This document shows, in pieces, positions 18,481 to 27,993 of a stretch of 57,425 bases of DNA. Numbering within the stretch: position 1 is the first letter of the stretch; each line of letters opens with the position of its first letter. The stretch is taken from contig JANLSU010000005.1 in the NCBI GenBank assembly GCA_031362565.1, positions 1 to 57,425 of the forward strand, written 5' to 3'. The position numbers and the translations under genes were made by a program. The stretch comes from a bacterium. Lineage in GTDB: Bacteria; Krumholzibacteriota; Krumholzibacteriia; G020349025. The notes below the pieces were generated by a model, which saw only the letters and a list, made by a program, of their open reading frames with translations, made no database searches and was not told where the DNA came from.

Positions 18481-21400
18481 GGCAGGCCATCCGTGTCGGA
18501 GACGAACCAAGGTTTGCCGTCCCGCAAGTACAGGCGCTTTTGCTCGTCCAGCGACAAGGGGCGCGAGCCGAGGCGGCCGAAGACGCTCACTTGGTTGCCA
18601 CTCTCATCGACGGCACGATCGCGATCCATCCCCTTCGAGAGCGCGATCGCCGGCCCGTGCGTGTGCCGGGTGGCGACGATCCACGGTGTCGGGCGCGGGC
18701 TGAACCCGAGCGCGGCCGGATCGTCGGGGAACGTGAGTTGGATCACCTTGAGGCCGCCGTCGCCGTCCGCCAAATAAGCGAAGATGCTGGCGTTCGTCGA
18801 CGCGACGCGAACCGCCGTCGCATCGTGAATCTGGCCACCGGTAAAGATCTGATCGACGGTGACCGCATCCGGGCGCTCGACGTCGATGATGACGAGCCCC
18901 TGGGCGCCGGCCGCCACGTAGGCGTACGTCCGGGCGACGTAGACGTCGCGCGCGTCCGCGAGCGGCACCATGTTTTCCGGCACGCGTACCGGGCGTTCGG
19001 GGTTTGTCACGTCGATCACCTTGAAGCCCTCGGCGTCGCACACGAAGGCGTACCGGAATTGCAGCGCCACCGCGCGCGGCTCCACGACATCCGTTCCGCC
19101 GATCGTCGTGACGATCCGCGGCCGCAGGGGGTCGTCGAGGCTGACGACAACGAGACCGGCGCTGCAGCAGACATAGACATAGTTGCCGGCGATGGCGAGA
19201 TTGACGGCACCCGTCAGCATGCCGCCCGGATTGAACGTGATCGCGCGCCGGAGGAAATTGTCGGTGGGGTCGCGGTTTACGAGCGGCATGACGTCGACCA
19301 GAATCAATCCCTCTTCGCGGTCGGTGATGCACGCATAGCTATAGAGCGGATGCATCGGCCACTGCTCTTGATTCTCGGGGCGGTACAAGCGGCGCGTGTC
19401 GATCGGCATGGTGGTCGGCAGCGCGACGGCGGTCGCGAATTTGGTGTCGACGCGCGCCCGCTGGCCGAGGGGCGACACCGGCGCCGAGACGACGCGTTCC
19501 GAAAAGCCCTTGTTGTCGACGTTCGCGACGTCGTAGACGCGAAATCCGTCGGCGCCGTTCGCCGTAAAGAGATAGTCCCCACGCAACTGGAGTCCCAGCA
19601 CCTCCGTGCCCCCGTGGTGATGCGAGGTGCGAAGTGCGCCTTTTCTTTCCTGGTGTTTCTGCCAATCGTCCGGGTAGGCCAGATGGTGGAGCGCACTGCC
19701 GATGACGGCCTGGGGCTCGTGGACCTCGGCCACCGCGACACCTTCAAACCCGCTCGATCCCAGCCCCACCCAGGCGTACCGCCCCATGAAGTTGACCAGG
19801 TTGGTCCCCTGGAGAAGAACCTGCGCCATCCAGGCGTTGTTGTCGTTCTTCTTCGAGAGATGGCAGTCGGTGCACGTTCGGGTTTCGGTCTTGCGCACCG
19901 CGTGCGGAAAATGCGGGTTGAAGGCCTGGCTGCTGTAACCGGGCGCCGAGACCGGCGCCACTTGGCCGTACGTCTGTTCCCGGTTGGCGTTCCGCGAGCT
20001 CAACACGAGCGCACTCGACGAGCGCGCCGGAACGATCTTGTTGCCCTTGGTGGTCGCACCCACGCAGAGCATGAATCCGTCGTCGCGCAGCACTTGCGGA
20101 TTGTACGTCGTCCAGTTGCGCGACACTTCGCCCTCGAAATGGTTCGTCATCTTTTTCCAGTTGGCCTGCTGGGGCAGATGGCACCCGAAGCAGTTCGTGA
20201 CCCACGACGTATGGCAGGAGTAGCACTCCATGCGCCGGTTCGAATGCGCCAACTTCGCGTCTCCCATCGCGGGTTGCCATGCGCCGCCGTCCGTGGCGAC
20301 GCATTTGGCGGCGCGCGCCTTGGCGTTGTAGTTCGGGGACTTTGGATCGATGGTCTCGACGACTTGCGGGACATCCCACTTCAACGTCGAGTCCACCGCG
20401 GACCGCTGGATGATGCGTTTACCGCGCCGTGCGAATCGCTTCTCCCCGAACGGCGTGATGAGATCGGTAAGCGCGGTCCCACCCTCCGGCGCCGCCGGGC
20501 CGGAGGTGCGCAACGCCGCGCGGTCGGTCACCGTGCCATGGCAATCGATGCAAGTGATCTCGATCGCGTCGTGAAACTCCCCATAGAGCTTGCCGCTGCC
20601 GTGCGCATCCTGGCTGAAGTGGCAGTCGACGCAGTGCATCCCCTTCTCGGCGTGAATGTCCTGCAGGTGCACGGCCTTCTTCGCCTGCCGGCATTCCTCG
20701 TCGCAATACACCGGGCCGGTGGTATCGGCGACAACGACGCCGTGGAACTTGTGCGGCGAGTCGGCGGGAATGGCCGCGCCGTCGCGATCCAGCATGTTGC
20801 CCTTGCGGTCCTTCTTGAAGACCGCCCGGAACATCCATCCATGTCCGTGGTAGTCCGCGAACTGGGTGCGTTGCAGCTTCGGATTGAGGCGGCTCGACTC
20901 GGCGAGAAACTCGGGCTGCCGCCACAGGCCCCGCAGCGCTGCCTCCTCCGGGTTGCGCGCCAGGGTCGCGAATGCTTCCGCGTCGGACAGTTTCTGCTGT
21001 TTGGCTGGATAGAACGGCTCGCCGTCCGTTTCGTAGTCCCACATCTGGAACCCGTAGAACGTGTTCACGAAGGCGTTCGGCTGGTGCATGTGACACACCA
21101 TGCATTGGCTCGAGGGGATCGCGTTGGTCAGCACGTGGCGGATCGGGTGCCCGGATTCGGTCTTCGAGATCGTCGTGTCGCGGGTCGCACTGCGGCCGCG
21201 GTTGCCGTACCGGCTGTATGGACCGGAATGCACCGGCGACCGGTCGTTGGCATAGACGACGTGGCAGGCGGTGCAACCACTCGACCGGTAGTCGCCTGGG
21301 TTGTCGTTGGTGCCGAGATACCAGAGATGGGGGTCATTCAGGCGGGTTTTCTGCAGGTTCAGCACTGGAGAACTGATCCGCAACTGGGTGCCGAAACCGC

Positions 21401-22178
21401 GATCGCCGAGCTTCATGTCGGGCCGTCCCGGCTCCTCGAAGGGATCCGGAATGCCGATTTCCGACGGGTTGCCGCGCCCCACGCGCCCACCGCGTTCGAA
21501 GGCGCGGAAGTTGTCGCCGGGCTGGGTGATCTCCCACCGGGGCAGCGGCACCAAGAAGGGCAACACCCCGCGCGACATTTCCTCGGCGGTCGGCGGGGGC
21601 ACGGTGTTGACCCGGGCCGGCTTGCTGTCCCGCGTATAGCTTTCGCCGAGAATGTAGCGTTTGTTGGAAAGAATCCCATTGTTGTACGAGGCGCTACCCC
21701 AGAGTAGGGCCGATGTCGACATCATGCTCTTCTTGACACGCAGCACCTGGGAGCCGTGACACGCGCCGCCACAACTGATCTCGGCGACGCGTAAGTCACC
21801 GGGATTGACGAAGCGAATGAATTCGGGGGATTCGTCATTGAGCCACGTGAAGGAACGCTCCGGATTCGCCGCCGTCGGCCAACGTCCGGGGTGTCGCGGC
21901 AGAACGTGGGACTCCCGCAAGCCCGCGGCCTGCGAATTCCCGCCGTGGCAATCGGTGCAACCCATCGGCACTTTGCCCTGGTGCATGTCTTCGATACCCT
22001 GGTGGCAGGCCACGCAGCTCGAGCTCTTGGCCGCGACCTGGGCCGGTGTCTGGCGCAGGAGATCGGAGAGCGGATCGGCGGCCGCCAAACTCGATGCCAG
22101 AGCAGCGGCACACAACACGACGAGTAACATCCGGCGGCAGCGCCGGCCGTTCGTCACGGGCTCGATGGCGGTACTCAT
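18477..22178 (-). CDS. Large secreted multiheme cytochrome c (9 CxxCH + CX3CH) with C-terminal LVIVD-repeat beta-propeller
   Basis: Signal peptide MLLVVLCAAALASSLAAA. CVACH, CTDCH, CGGACH, CTACH, CMVCH, CVDCH, CIDCH, CYSCH, CFGCH, CTDCH. Repeats YAYVAAGAQGLVIIDV, YAFVCDAEGFKVIDV, AYLADGDGGLKVI. Confidence 0.9.
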   Translation of the reverse strand: MSTAIEPVTNGRRCRRMLLVVLCAAALASSLAAADPLSDLLRQTPAQVAAKSSSCVACHQGIEDMHQGKVPMGCTDCHGGNSQAAGLRESHVLPRHPGRWPTAANPERSFTWLNDESPEFIRFVNPGDLRVAEISCGGACHGSQVLRVKKSMMSTSALLWGSASYNNGILSNKRYILGESYTRDSKPARVNTVPPPTAEEMSRGVLPFLVPLPRWEITQPGDNFRAFERGGRVGRGNPSEIGIPDPFEEPGRPDMKLGDRGFGTQLRISSPVLNLQKTRLNDPHLWYLGTNDNPGDYRSSGCTACHVVYANDRSPVHSGPYSRYGNRGRSATRDTTISKTESGHPIRHVLTNAIPSSQCMVCHMHQPNAFVNTFYGFQMWDYETDGEPFYPAKQQKLSDAEAFATLARNPEEAALRGLWRQPEFLAESSRLNPKLQRTQFADYHGHGWMFRAVFKKDRKGNMLDRDGAAIPADSPHKFHGVVVADTTGPVYCDEECRQAKKAVHLQDIHAEKGMHCVDCHFSQDAHGSGKLYGEFHDAIEITCIDCHGTVTDRAALRTSGPAAPEGGTALTDLITPFGEKRFARRGKRIIQRSAVDSTLKWDVPQVVETIDPKSPNYNAKARAAKCVATDGGAWQPAMGDAKLAHSNRRMECYSCHTSWVTNCFGCHLPQQANWKKMTNHFEGEVSRNWTTYNPQVLRDDGFMLCVGATTKGNKIVPARSSSALVLSSRNANREQTYGQVAPVSAPGYSSQAFNPHFPHAVRKTETRTCTDCHLSKKNDNNAWMAQVLLQGTNLVNFMGRYAWVGLGSSGFEGVAVAEVHEPQAVIGSALHHLAYPDDWQKHQERKGALRTSHHHGGTEVLGLQLRGDYLFTANGADGFRVYDVANVDNKGFSERVVSAPVSPLGQRARVDTKFATAVALPTTMPIDTRRLYRPENQEQWPMHPLYSYACITDREEGLILVDVMPLVNRDPTDNFLRRAITFNPGGMLTGAVNLAIAGNYVYVCCSAGLVVVSLDDPLRPRIVTTIGGTDVVEPRAVALQFRYAFVCDAEGFKVIDVTNPERPVRVPENMVPLADARDVYVARTYAYVAAGAQGLVIIDVERPDAVTVDQIFTGGQIHDATAVRVASTNASIFAYLADGDGGLKVIQLTFPDDPAALGFSPRPTPWIVATRHTHGPAIALSKGMDRDRAVDESGNQVSVFGRLGSRPLSLDEQKRLYLRDGKPWFVSDTDGLP

Positions 22179-22201
22179 CGGCGATTCCGACTCCCCGGCG
22201 C

Positions 22202-23956
22202 TCAAAACCTGAACGACACCGACGTCTGGACGCTGTACTGCGTCCCAGGCGATTCGTAGATATCGTTCAGCGCTTCCAGCGGGCTCAGGCCCGTGGCCAC
22301 GAGCGCCACGTTCGCGTTGTTGTTGAGAAACGGACGATAGAACAAGCCCACACCATAGTCCAGGCCGATGTTGTGCCCAATGTTGGACTGATTCACGAAC
22401 GCTTCGATGACTTTCACATCGACGAACCGCAAATAGTTGGCGTTCATCGCCAACCGGAGCTGTGGCGTCAAGTCCGCGTCCCAGCCGCCGCCGGCGAGAA
22501 TCAAACCGGGATTCACGAAGTTGGGCTGTCCCTCCGTCTTGCTGCTGCGCAAGGCCGGCACGAGGCTCTCCTTGCCCACGAGCGCCACGCCCTGCAACCG
22601 AATTGCTTGCGTGTTCCAGTAGCTGAGCGCGCCACCCGCGAACACCGGCGAATCGACGATCGTGTCGAAACCGCGCCCGTGCGAATCGGCGGGATCACGG
22701 TCGCCACTCGAGAAAAATCCCGCGACCTTGAATCGCATCCAGTCCTTGTCCATCGACAATTCGAGGGCCGCCATCTGGGCGTTGATCGTGATGGCGCGAT
22801 TGGCGAGCGGGTTGAAGCGGTCGTCGCCGAACACCTGATAAAAAGCGTGGTCGACGTTCAAGCGGCCCCAATGGCCATCACCCGTCCAGCCGAGGTAATA
22901 GGCTTTCATGCGATGCGGCAAGGCACCGCCCGCGAGCGCCGGACGCACCAGGAAACCGTTCTCGTCGTAGTGCACGCTGGCCAGATCCAGGTTGTAGAGA
23001 AAACTGAGCTGGGCGGTGTAACCAGGAGTACCGGTGTCTTGGCGGTAGAGGTTCGCCACCGCCACTTCCTGGTCACGCTCGTCGAACACCGTGTTCAGTT
23101 CGCTGTTCGTGTCCTTTTCCAGCATGTGAAAGAGGGCCAGGTTGTACTGATAGCGGTTGCCCCGCAGGTTGCCGAACAACCGCGCCCCGAGGTTGTTGTC
23201 GTTGAATACGAAGCCGCGGAAGTCGCTGCTGAAGCGCTGGATCCCGCCGCGCACCGCGACGAAATCGAAGCGGTCGCCGACGTTGAGCAAATGTTTCTCG
23301 AGCGACAGTTCCTGGAAACCGAGGTGGTGATCGAGGCGATTCGAGCCGCGCCGTACGTTGATGTTCGTGCTGTTGTTCTCGCGCGTATTCGCGTAGTTGA
23401 CGTTGAACACCGGCGTAGCGCGGATTTCCCAGTCGCGAGGGCGGAACGCCGTATCGCCGTGGTAGAGTTCGAGAGTCAGTTTGAGTGTCTGATTGACGAA
23501 CAATTTGTCGCGCTTACCGAAAAACAGTTCGCTCTCCGGGCGCTCCGCGCTGACGCCGGACGGCGTAAAATTGCTCGTGCCCTCGACGATCGTGCTCGTG
23601 ATGCCGGTGAGCGCCAAGAACGTATTGTCCCCGAACACCGGATAGTCACCCTTGAGCGAATTGCGGTTGTACGGGTCGTACCAATGTTTCGGCACGTTCA
23701 GTTCGTAAGGCGGCGGCTGAATATCGCGCCAGCGGTCGGGAATCGCCACGAAATCGGTAACCGGTGACGGCGACGACGGCGCCGGTCGCGCCGTTGCAGC
23801 GGCGCTGCTGTCCACCGCCGCAGCCGTGGTCGAGTCGGCCGGTGCGGACACCGGCGCCGTCTCGGGCCAGGCACCGTCCGTCCAGAGAAGCGACAAGCCG
23901 GCGGCGGCAGCCCCGGCGAGGGTTCGAAACGTCCCGCGCATGTGGTTGATCTCCAT
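22202..23956 (-). CDS. Outer-membrane beta-barrel (porin-like) protein
   Basis: Signal peptide, amphipathic beta-strands, and a C-terminal beta-signal ending in Phe (YSVQTSVSFRF). ATG overlaps the upstream TGA; the longer ORF-track start is spurious. Confidence 0.8.
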   Translation of the reverse strand: MEINHMRGTFRTLAGAAAAGLSLLWTDGAWPETAPVSAPADSTTAAAVDSSAAATARPAPSSPSPVTDFVAIPDRWRDIQPPPYELNVPKHWYDPYNRNSLKGDYPVFGDNTFLALTGITSTIVEGTSNFTPSGVSAERPESELFFGKRDKLFVNQTLKLTLELYHGDTAFRPRDWEIRATPVFNVNYANTRENNSTNINVRRGSNRLDHHLGFQELSLEKHLLNVGDRFDFVAVRGGIQRFSSDFRGFVFNDNNLGARLFGNLRGNRYQYNLALFHMLEKDTNSELNTVFDERDQEVAVANLYRQDTGTPGYTAQLSFLYNLDLASVHYDENGFLVRPALAGGALPHRMKAYYLGWTGDGHWGRLNVDHAFYQVFGDDRFNPLANRAITINAQMAALELSMDKDWMRFKVAGFFSSGDRDPADSHGRGFDTIVDSPVFAGGALSYWNTQAIRLQGVALVGKESLVPALRSSKTEGQPNFVNPGLILAGGGWDADLTPQLRLAMNANYLRFVDVKVIEAFVNQSNIGHNIGLDYGVGLFYRPFLNNNANVALVATGLSPLEALNDIYESPGTQYSVQTSVSFRF

Positions 23957-25545
23957 CACGGCAAGTTCGGCTGGCGCGGGTATTTGATGTACGGCAACCG
24001 AACTCCTTGGTACGCGAAGCGATCGCAGCGGATCTCCGGCGGTGGTTCGTACCCCTTCGCACCAAAGAACGCAATGATGTCGTCCTGGTCGACGCCATCG
24101 CCCGAGATGCCGAGTCCTCCCACAAGTTGGCCGTTCTTGTACAGCGGCACCCCGCCCGGAAAAATTGTCACGCCGTTGCCCCTGCCCGGGCCAAAGGTGT
24201 CGAGGCCCTCGAGGGCTTGAAAGGCGAAGTTTGGGCCCTTGAATAGCGGCCCCGCTTGCAGCGGTGCACCCTCCAGATCGCGATCGATGCCGGGCGGGAA
24301 AAAGTCCTGGCACAGGAATCCCACCGCGCGCGCACTCATCGCCGGCGCCGGGCCCGAGCCCAGCCCGAGAATGGTGCGCAGCCGCTGGCCCAAGACATGG
24401 TTGGGGTCGCTGAACGCGACGCACGTCCGCGCCTTCTGGACGCAGACGTCGTAGCTGAAAATGGTCGCATCGGGCGTCCGCCAAATCCCAAGCACGCTGC
24501 CGTCCAGGTCGACAACCGAAATAAAGACGCGCGCCGGTACGCCCACGGGCCGCCGGATCGCGGCGCGAGTGCGATTCGCTTGCTCCACGGCCTGGCCGAT
24601 GATGCGTTGCACGTCGAGCAAGGTGAGAAAGGTGCCGGCTCGCAAATTGAAGTCGTGCAATGCGCCGCTCTGGCAAGTGCCGTCGAGCGCGTGCTCGAGA
24701 CACACGGGGCCGCTCGGCGGGTATGCAGGCAGTCCGCCTCCCTGCAAGACGTCGGCCGTCCCGGTGGTCGCTATGTCGGCAAATGCCAGGTTGAACGCCA
24801 CGCGCGGCGCCGCCGCATTCGAATACAAGAAGCGAATCCCGTCGATGAAGATGCCGTCGCCGCGCAGGTCGGCCGGCGCCGCGAAGTCCACCGAGGCTCC
24901 AAGGGCGATTTTCTCTTCGGGCGTCTCGCCGGCGCACTGATCGAGCTGGAATCCACCCGAAAGAGTCGCACCGGCAATTCCGATCCCGCCGGCCAGCAGC
25001 CCGTCCTTGTAGAGCGGCACGCCGCCCGGCGCGCCGGACAGGCCGTTGCCGTTCGGCTGGATGTCGCTGCCGGGTTCACTCGAGTACGGCACACCGAACA
25101 ACGGTCCCGCCGGGGTGTTGTCGATGTCCGGCGGAAAATGCGCCCGGGTGATGAAGCACGCCGTCAAGGTCGTGAATGCGTGCTGGTTGCTGCTCAAGTA
25201 GGCCGCCGTTCGGGCGTTCGCGACCGCCAGGTCGGCGGGTGAACTTGTATCCGCCGGCGACAACCGCGGCACGAACGGGTTGGCATCGCTGCCCGTCATT
25301 CGGAACAACCCCAAAACGTTGCCCTCGCGATCCGAGATCGCAACAACCACCGGCTGTCCAAGAGATTGCGCCAGTTCCACCGCATGCGCGGTGAGCGCTT
25401 GCACGTCGGCAAGCGTCAACCGGCCGGTCTCGGTGGGCGTCTCCGGTGCGGTCGTCGAATCACATGCGAACCACAAGACGGCGGTCGCGAGAATCGTGAC
25501 GATTCCGACGCTGAACGGCCGATCACGACGGACGCGTGGGCTCAT
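23956..25545 (-). CDS. Lipoprotein with tandem GlcG/HbpS (heme-binding/degrading-like) domains
   Basis: Lipobox VLWFAC. Two domains, each with LTLxDVQ.., (I/V)xD..G.VLG, ART and PGGVPLYKxG.L.GG.GI.G. ATGA overlap. Confidence 0.85.
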   Translation of the reverse strand: MSPRVRRDRPFSVGIVTILATAVLWFACDSTTAPETPTETGRLTLADVQALTAHAVELAQSLGQPVVVAISDREGNVLGLFRMTGSDANPFVPRLSPADTSSPADLAVANARTAAYLSSNQHAFTTLTACFITRAHFPPDIDNTPAGPLFGVPYSSEPGSDIQPNGNGLSGAPGGVPLYKDGLLAGGIGIAGATLSGGFQLDQCAGETPEEKIALGASVDFAAPADLRGDGIFIDGIRFLYSNAAAPRVAFNLAFADIATTGTADVLQGGGLPAYPPSGPVCLEHALDGTCQSGALHDFNLRAGTFLTLLDVQRIIGQAVEQANRTRAAIRRPVGVPARVFISVVDLDGSVLGIWRTPDATIFSYDVCVQKARTCVAFSDPNHVLGQRLRTILGLGSGPAPAMSARAVGFLCQDFFPPGIDRDLEGAPLQAGPLFKGPNFAFQALEGLDTFGPGRGNGVTIFPGGVPLYKNGQLVGGLGISGDGVDQDDIIAFFGAKGYEPPPEIRCDRFAYQGVRLPYIKYPRQPNLP

Positions 25546-27938
25546 GGGCGCACGACCTCGATGACAACCGGACCCTTCGGCTTCAGAACGCACGCCATGC
25601 GATGCGCGCCGGGCGCGAGTTTGCAAATGTCCTCGATCGCATCCCGCTCGTCGCTACTGATGGGGCCGAGGTACTCGGCGCCGGAGATGATGCGCACCGG
25701 ATCGGCGCCGCAGGATCCCGCGTGGCACGACGAATCGATTTCGATGCCCTGTTCTTCCGCCAAATCGCAGATCGACTGCCCAGGTTTCAAGGTGAATGTC
25801 TTATCGAGGTCCCGGAACGTCACGGTGATCCCGCCGGCAGCGGGTGCTCCGCCGGCAGCGGCGGGCGGTGGCGGCGCTGCTGCACGGGCGGCGGACTGCA
25901 ACGGCGCAGCGGCGGGAGTTGGAACCGGTCGCGCCGGGGCCGGCGCCGGGGCCAGTGCCGGAATCACGGCGGTTCCCCTCGGAGCCGTACGATGGCCCAA
26001 GTCGAGAACTGCGTTGTCCTTCAAGCTGAACACGAAGAGCTGCTGGCCGACCCGGAAATGGTCCCCGTGTTCGAGCCGCACGAGGTTTGCCACCTTGAGG
26101 TATGTCCCGTTGGCGCTCTTGAGGTCGCGAACGAACGTGCGTCCGTCCTTGACGAGGATGGCAAGATGACGGCGTGACAGGCTGAGATCGCCGGCGTCGA
26201 TCGAAAGATCCGCCTCACGCCCGACGACGATCGCGCCTTCGTGCAGCTCGTGATGGCCTTTCTCGTTGCCTTGATCGTCGTAGTGGACGAGGTAGCGGCG
26301 ATCGCCCTTGCTCCACGCGACGAGGAACTGGCGCCCGAGCCGGACGATGTCTCCCGGCACCAGCTCGATGGTCTTTGCTTCCCGCGCCTGCAGATAGACC
26401 CCGGTGGCACTGCCATCGTCGCGCAAAAAATACCCGTCGGCGCCGGCTGAAATCGACGCGTGGCGATCCGACAACAGTGTGTCGTCGACGAACGACAAAT
26501 CACAACCCCGCCGGCCAATCGTCGTCACCTCGCCCGGTTTGAGCGCGAACTCGTTTTCCTGCACATCTCCCGGGAGAATTCGAATCAGCCACGCAACATC
26601 CTCACGGACGCGGCGGTCCTCGAACAGACTCTTTTCCGGCGGTCCGGCGCTCTCGACCGGCGCCACCGCCAGCGGCACCGGTGCCGGCGCCAGGTCGACG
26701 GCAGCGGGCTGCGCCTTCGTGGCGGGGATTGCCGGCGTGCCGGCCGCTTCCGCCGCGAACGGAATTTCGATGTCTCCGGCCGGCTCGTTCTGCAACCGCC
26801 GCCGAATGACCTCGGCGACCAAATAGCCGTCGGTCAGCGCCATCTTAATGTTGCCGCGGTGCGCCACCTCACGGTACGTGGACGGATCGGCGTTGAAATC
26901 GTCGGTCTCGAAATACGCCTGCGCCAGGATGTCGCCGACGAGATAGACGTTCTCGAGCTGGGTTTCGAGGTGCTTCGTGACCAGCATGCGCTTCTTGCCT
27001 TCGGCACTTGCCGTGGCCATGTAGATACCCATCGAATTCAAAAGCCCCTCGGGAATATCCTCGCCGATACAGGCGATACAGGATTCCTTCAGGAACTCCA
27101 GATGCGAGCTTTCGCACGGCCGGTTCGGGAGTTGCTTGCGGTCGATTCTGAGCGCGAGATAGTCGCGGCGATCCTCGCCAACCACGACGGCCGTCGGCTC
27201 GCTCTTCGGGTGGTAGCGGATGTTGCCGTTGCCGATGTACGCCTCGAAAAAGACCTCCGCCAGCGCCTTGGACACCCGCGGCAATTTCTCGCCCCGATAC
27301 GACCAGAACACGTTCGTCGGATCCTGCGCGGTGATTTTCGCATTCGAAATCGCGATGACCGCCTCGGCGGCCGAAGTGCCGCCGCCGATCACACACGCCG
27401 GGCTGCCGACGTACGCGGCCGCGTCCTGGAGACGAAACGCGATGCCGTCCGTGTTGCCTGGAATATCGAAGCGGCGCGGCACCCCTCTGCCGATCGAGAT
27501 CACGACATGCCGGGCGAGGAAGTTGGCCGCCGCCTGGGCTTTGTGGTTCCAACAACGAACGTTCCAGACCTTGTCCGGCCGCCGCTCGAGACCCAAAAGC
27601 TCGACGCCCACCTGAACCGGAACCTCGCCCTCCTGAAAGTGCCGCTTCCAGAGCAGCACCATTTCATCCTTGTCGATCGGTGCGAAGTGCAGGCGCGCGA
27701 AGAGCGCTCCGCCCACCGGGAATCGCATCCGGTCCCCGCCGCCGAAATCCGGCAGGATCGACTTGTCCTTGGGGTATTCGCGAATGCGCTTGAGAATGTC
27801 ATCGTAGTCGATGACCAGCGCCGAGAATCCAAGCTCGCGGGCCCGGAAGGCGACGGCGGTTCCACCGGGACCCGCGCCGACGATCAACGCGTCGAGAACT
27901 TCGTTGGCTTCGCCCAGAACCACGACACGCGCCTCCAT
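25542..27938 (-). CDS. FAD/NAD(P)H oxidoreductase (TrxR/YpdA/FNR-like) fused to two FHA domains and a [2Fe-2S] ferredoxin
   Basis: IVGAGPGG, VIGGGTSA and ETQLENVYLVGD. FHA1 TIGR..LSDRHA..RDDGSATGVY. FHA2 VGR..LSRRHL..DLKSANGTY. C-terminal CHAGSCGAD..RMAC. The start may be a GTG slightly downstream. Confidence 0.9.
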   Translation of the reverse strand: MEARVVVLGEANEVLDALIVGAGPGGTAVAFRARELGFSALVIDYDDILKRIREYPKDKSILPDFGGGDRMRFPVGGALFARLHFAPIDKDEMVLLWKRHFQEGEVPVQVGVELLGLERRPDKVWNVRCWNHKAQAAANFLARHVVISIGRGVPRRFDIPGNTDGIAFRLQDAAAYVGSPACVIGGGTSAAEAVIAISNAKITAQDPTNVFWSYRGEKLPRVSKALAEVFFEAYIGNGNIRYHPKSEPTAVVVGEDRRDYLALRIDRKQLPNRPCESSHLEFLKESCIACIGEDIPEGLLNSMGIYMATASAEGKKRMLVTKHLETQLENVYLVGDILAQAYFETDDFNADPSTYREVAHRGNIKMALTDGYLVAEVIRRRLQNEPAGDIEIPFAAEAAGTPAIPATKAQPAAVDLAPAPVPLAVAPVESAGPPEKSLFEDRRVREDVAWLIRILPGDVQENEFALKPGEVTTIGRRGCDLSFVDDTLLSDRHASISAGADGYFLRDDGSATGVYLQAREAKTIELVPGDIVRLGRQFLVAWSKGDRRYLVHYDDQGNEKGHHELHEGAIVVGREADLSIDAGDLSLSRRHLAILVKDGRTFVRDLKSANGTYLKVANLVRLEHGDHFRVGQQLFVFSLKDNAVLDLGHRTAPRGTAVIPALAPAPAPARPVPTPAAAPLQSAARAAAPPPPAAAGGAPAAGGITVTFRDLDKTFTLKPGQSICDLAEEQGIEIDSSCHAGSCGADPVRIISGAEYLGPISSDERDAIEDICKLAPGAHRMACVLKPKGPVVIEVVRP

Positions 27939-27993
27939 GGACCGGTGGTGCAAACCGCGCTGCCGGCTCGCAGTGGCCGCCGCGCCGCCGGCG

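Noticed and set aside
18246..21707. Long opposite-strand ORFs (also 2932..5373, 51951..54710, 41638..43827, 30719..32788)
   Set aside because: These are antisense shadows of well-supported genes in GC-rich DNA, with no recognisable motifs.
13413..23956. Calling the cytochromes and barrel mtrA/mtrB/mtrC or nrf genes
   Set aside because: Heme spacing, sizes and domain fusions do not match what I recognise of those families.
27060..27085. CIAC in the reductase as a thioredoxin-reductase active site or heme motif
   Set aside because: It is not at the TrxR CxxC position, has no following His, and the protein is cytoplasmic.
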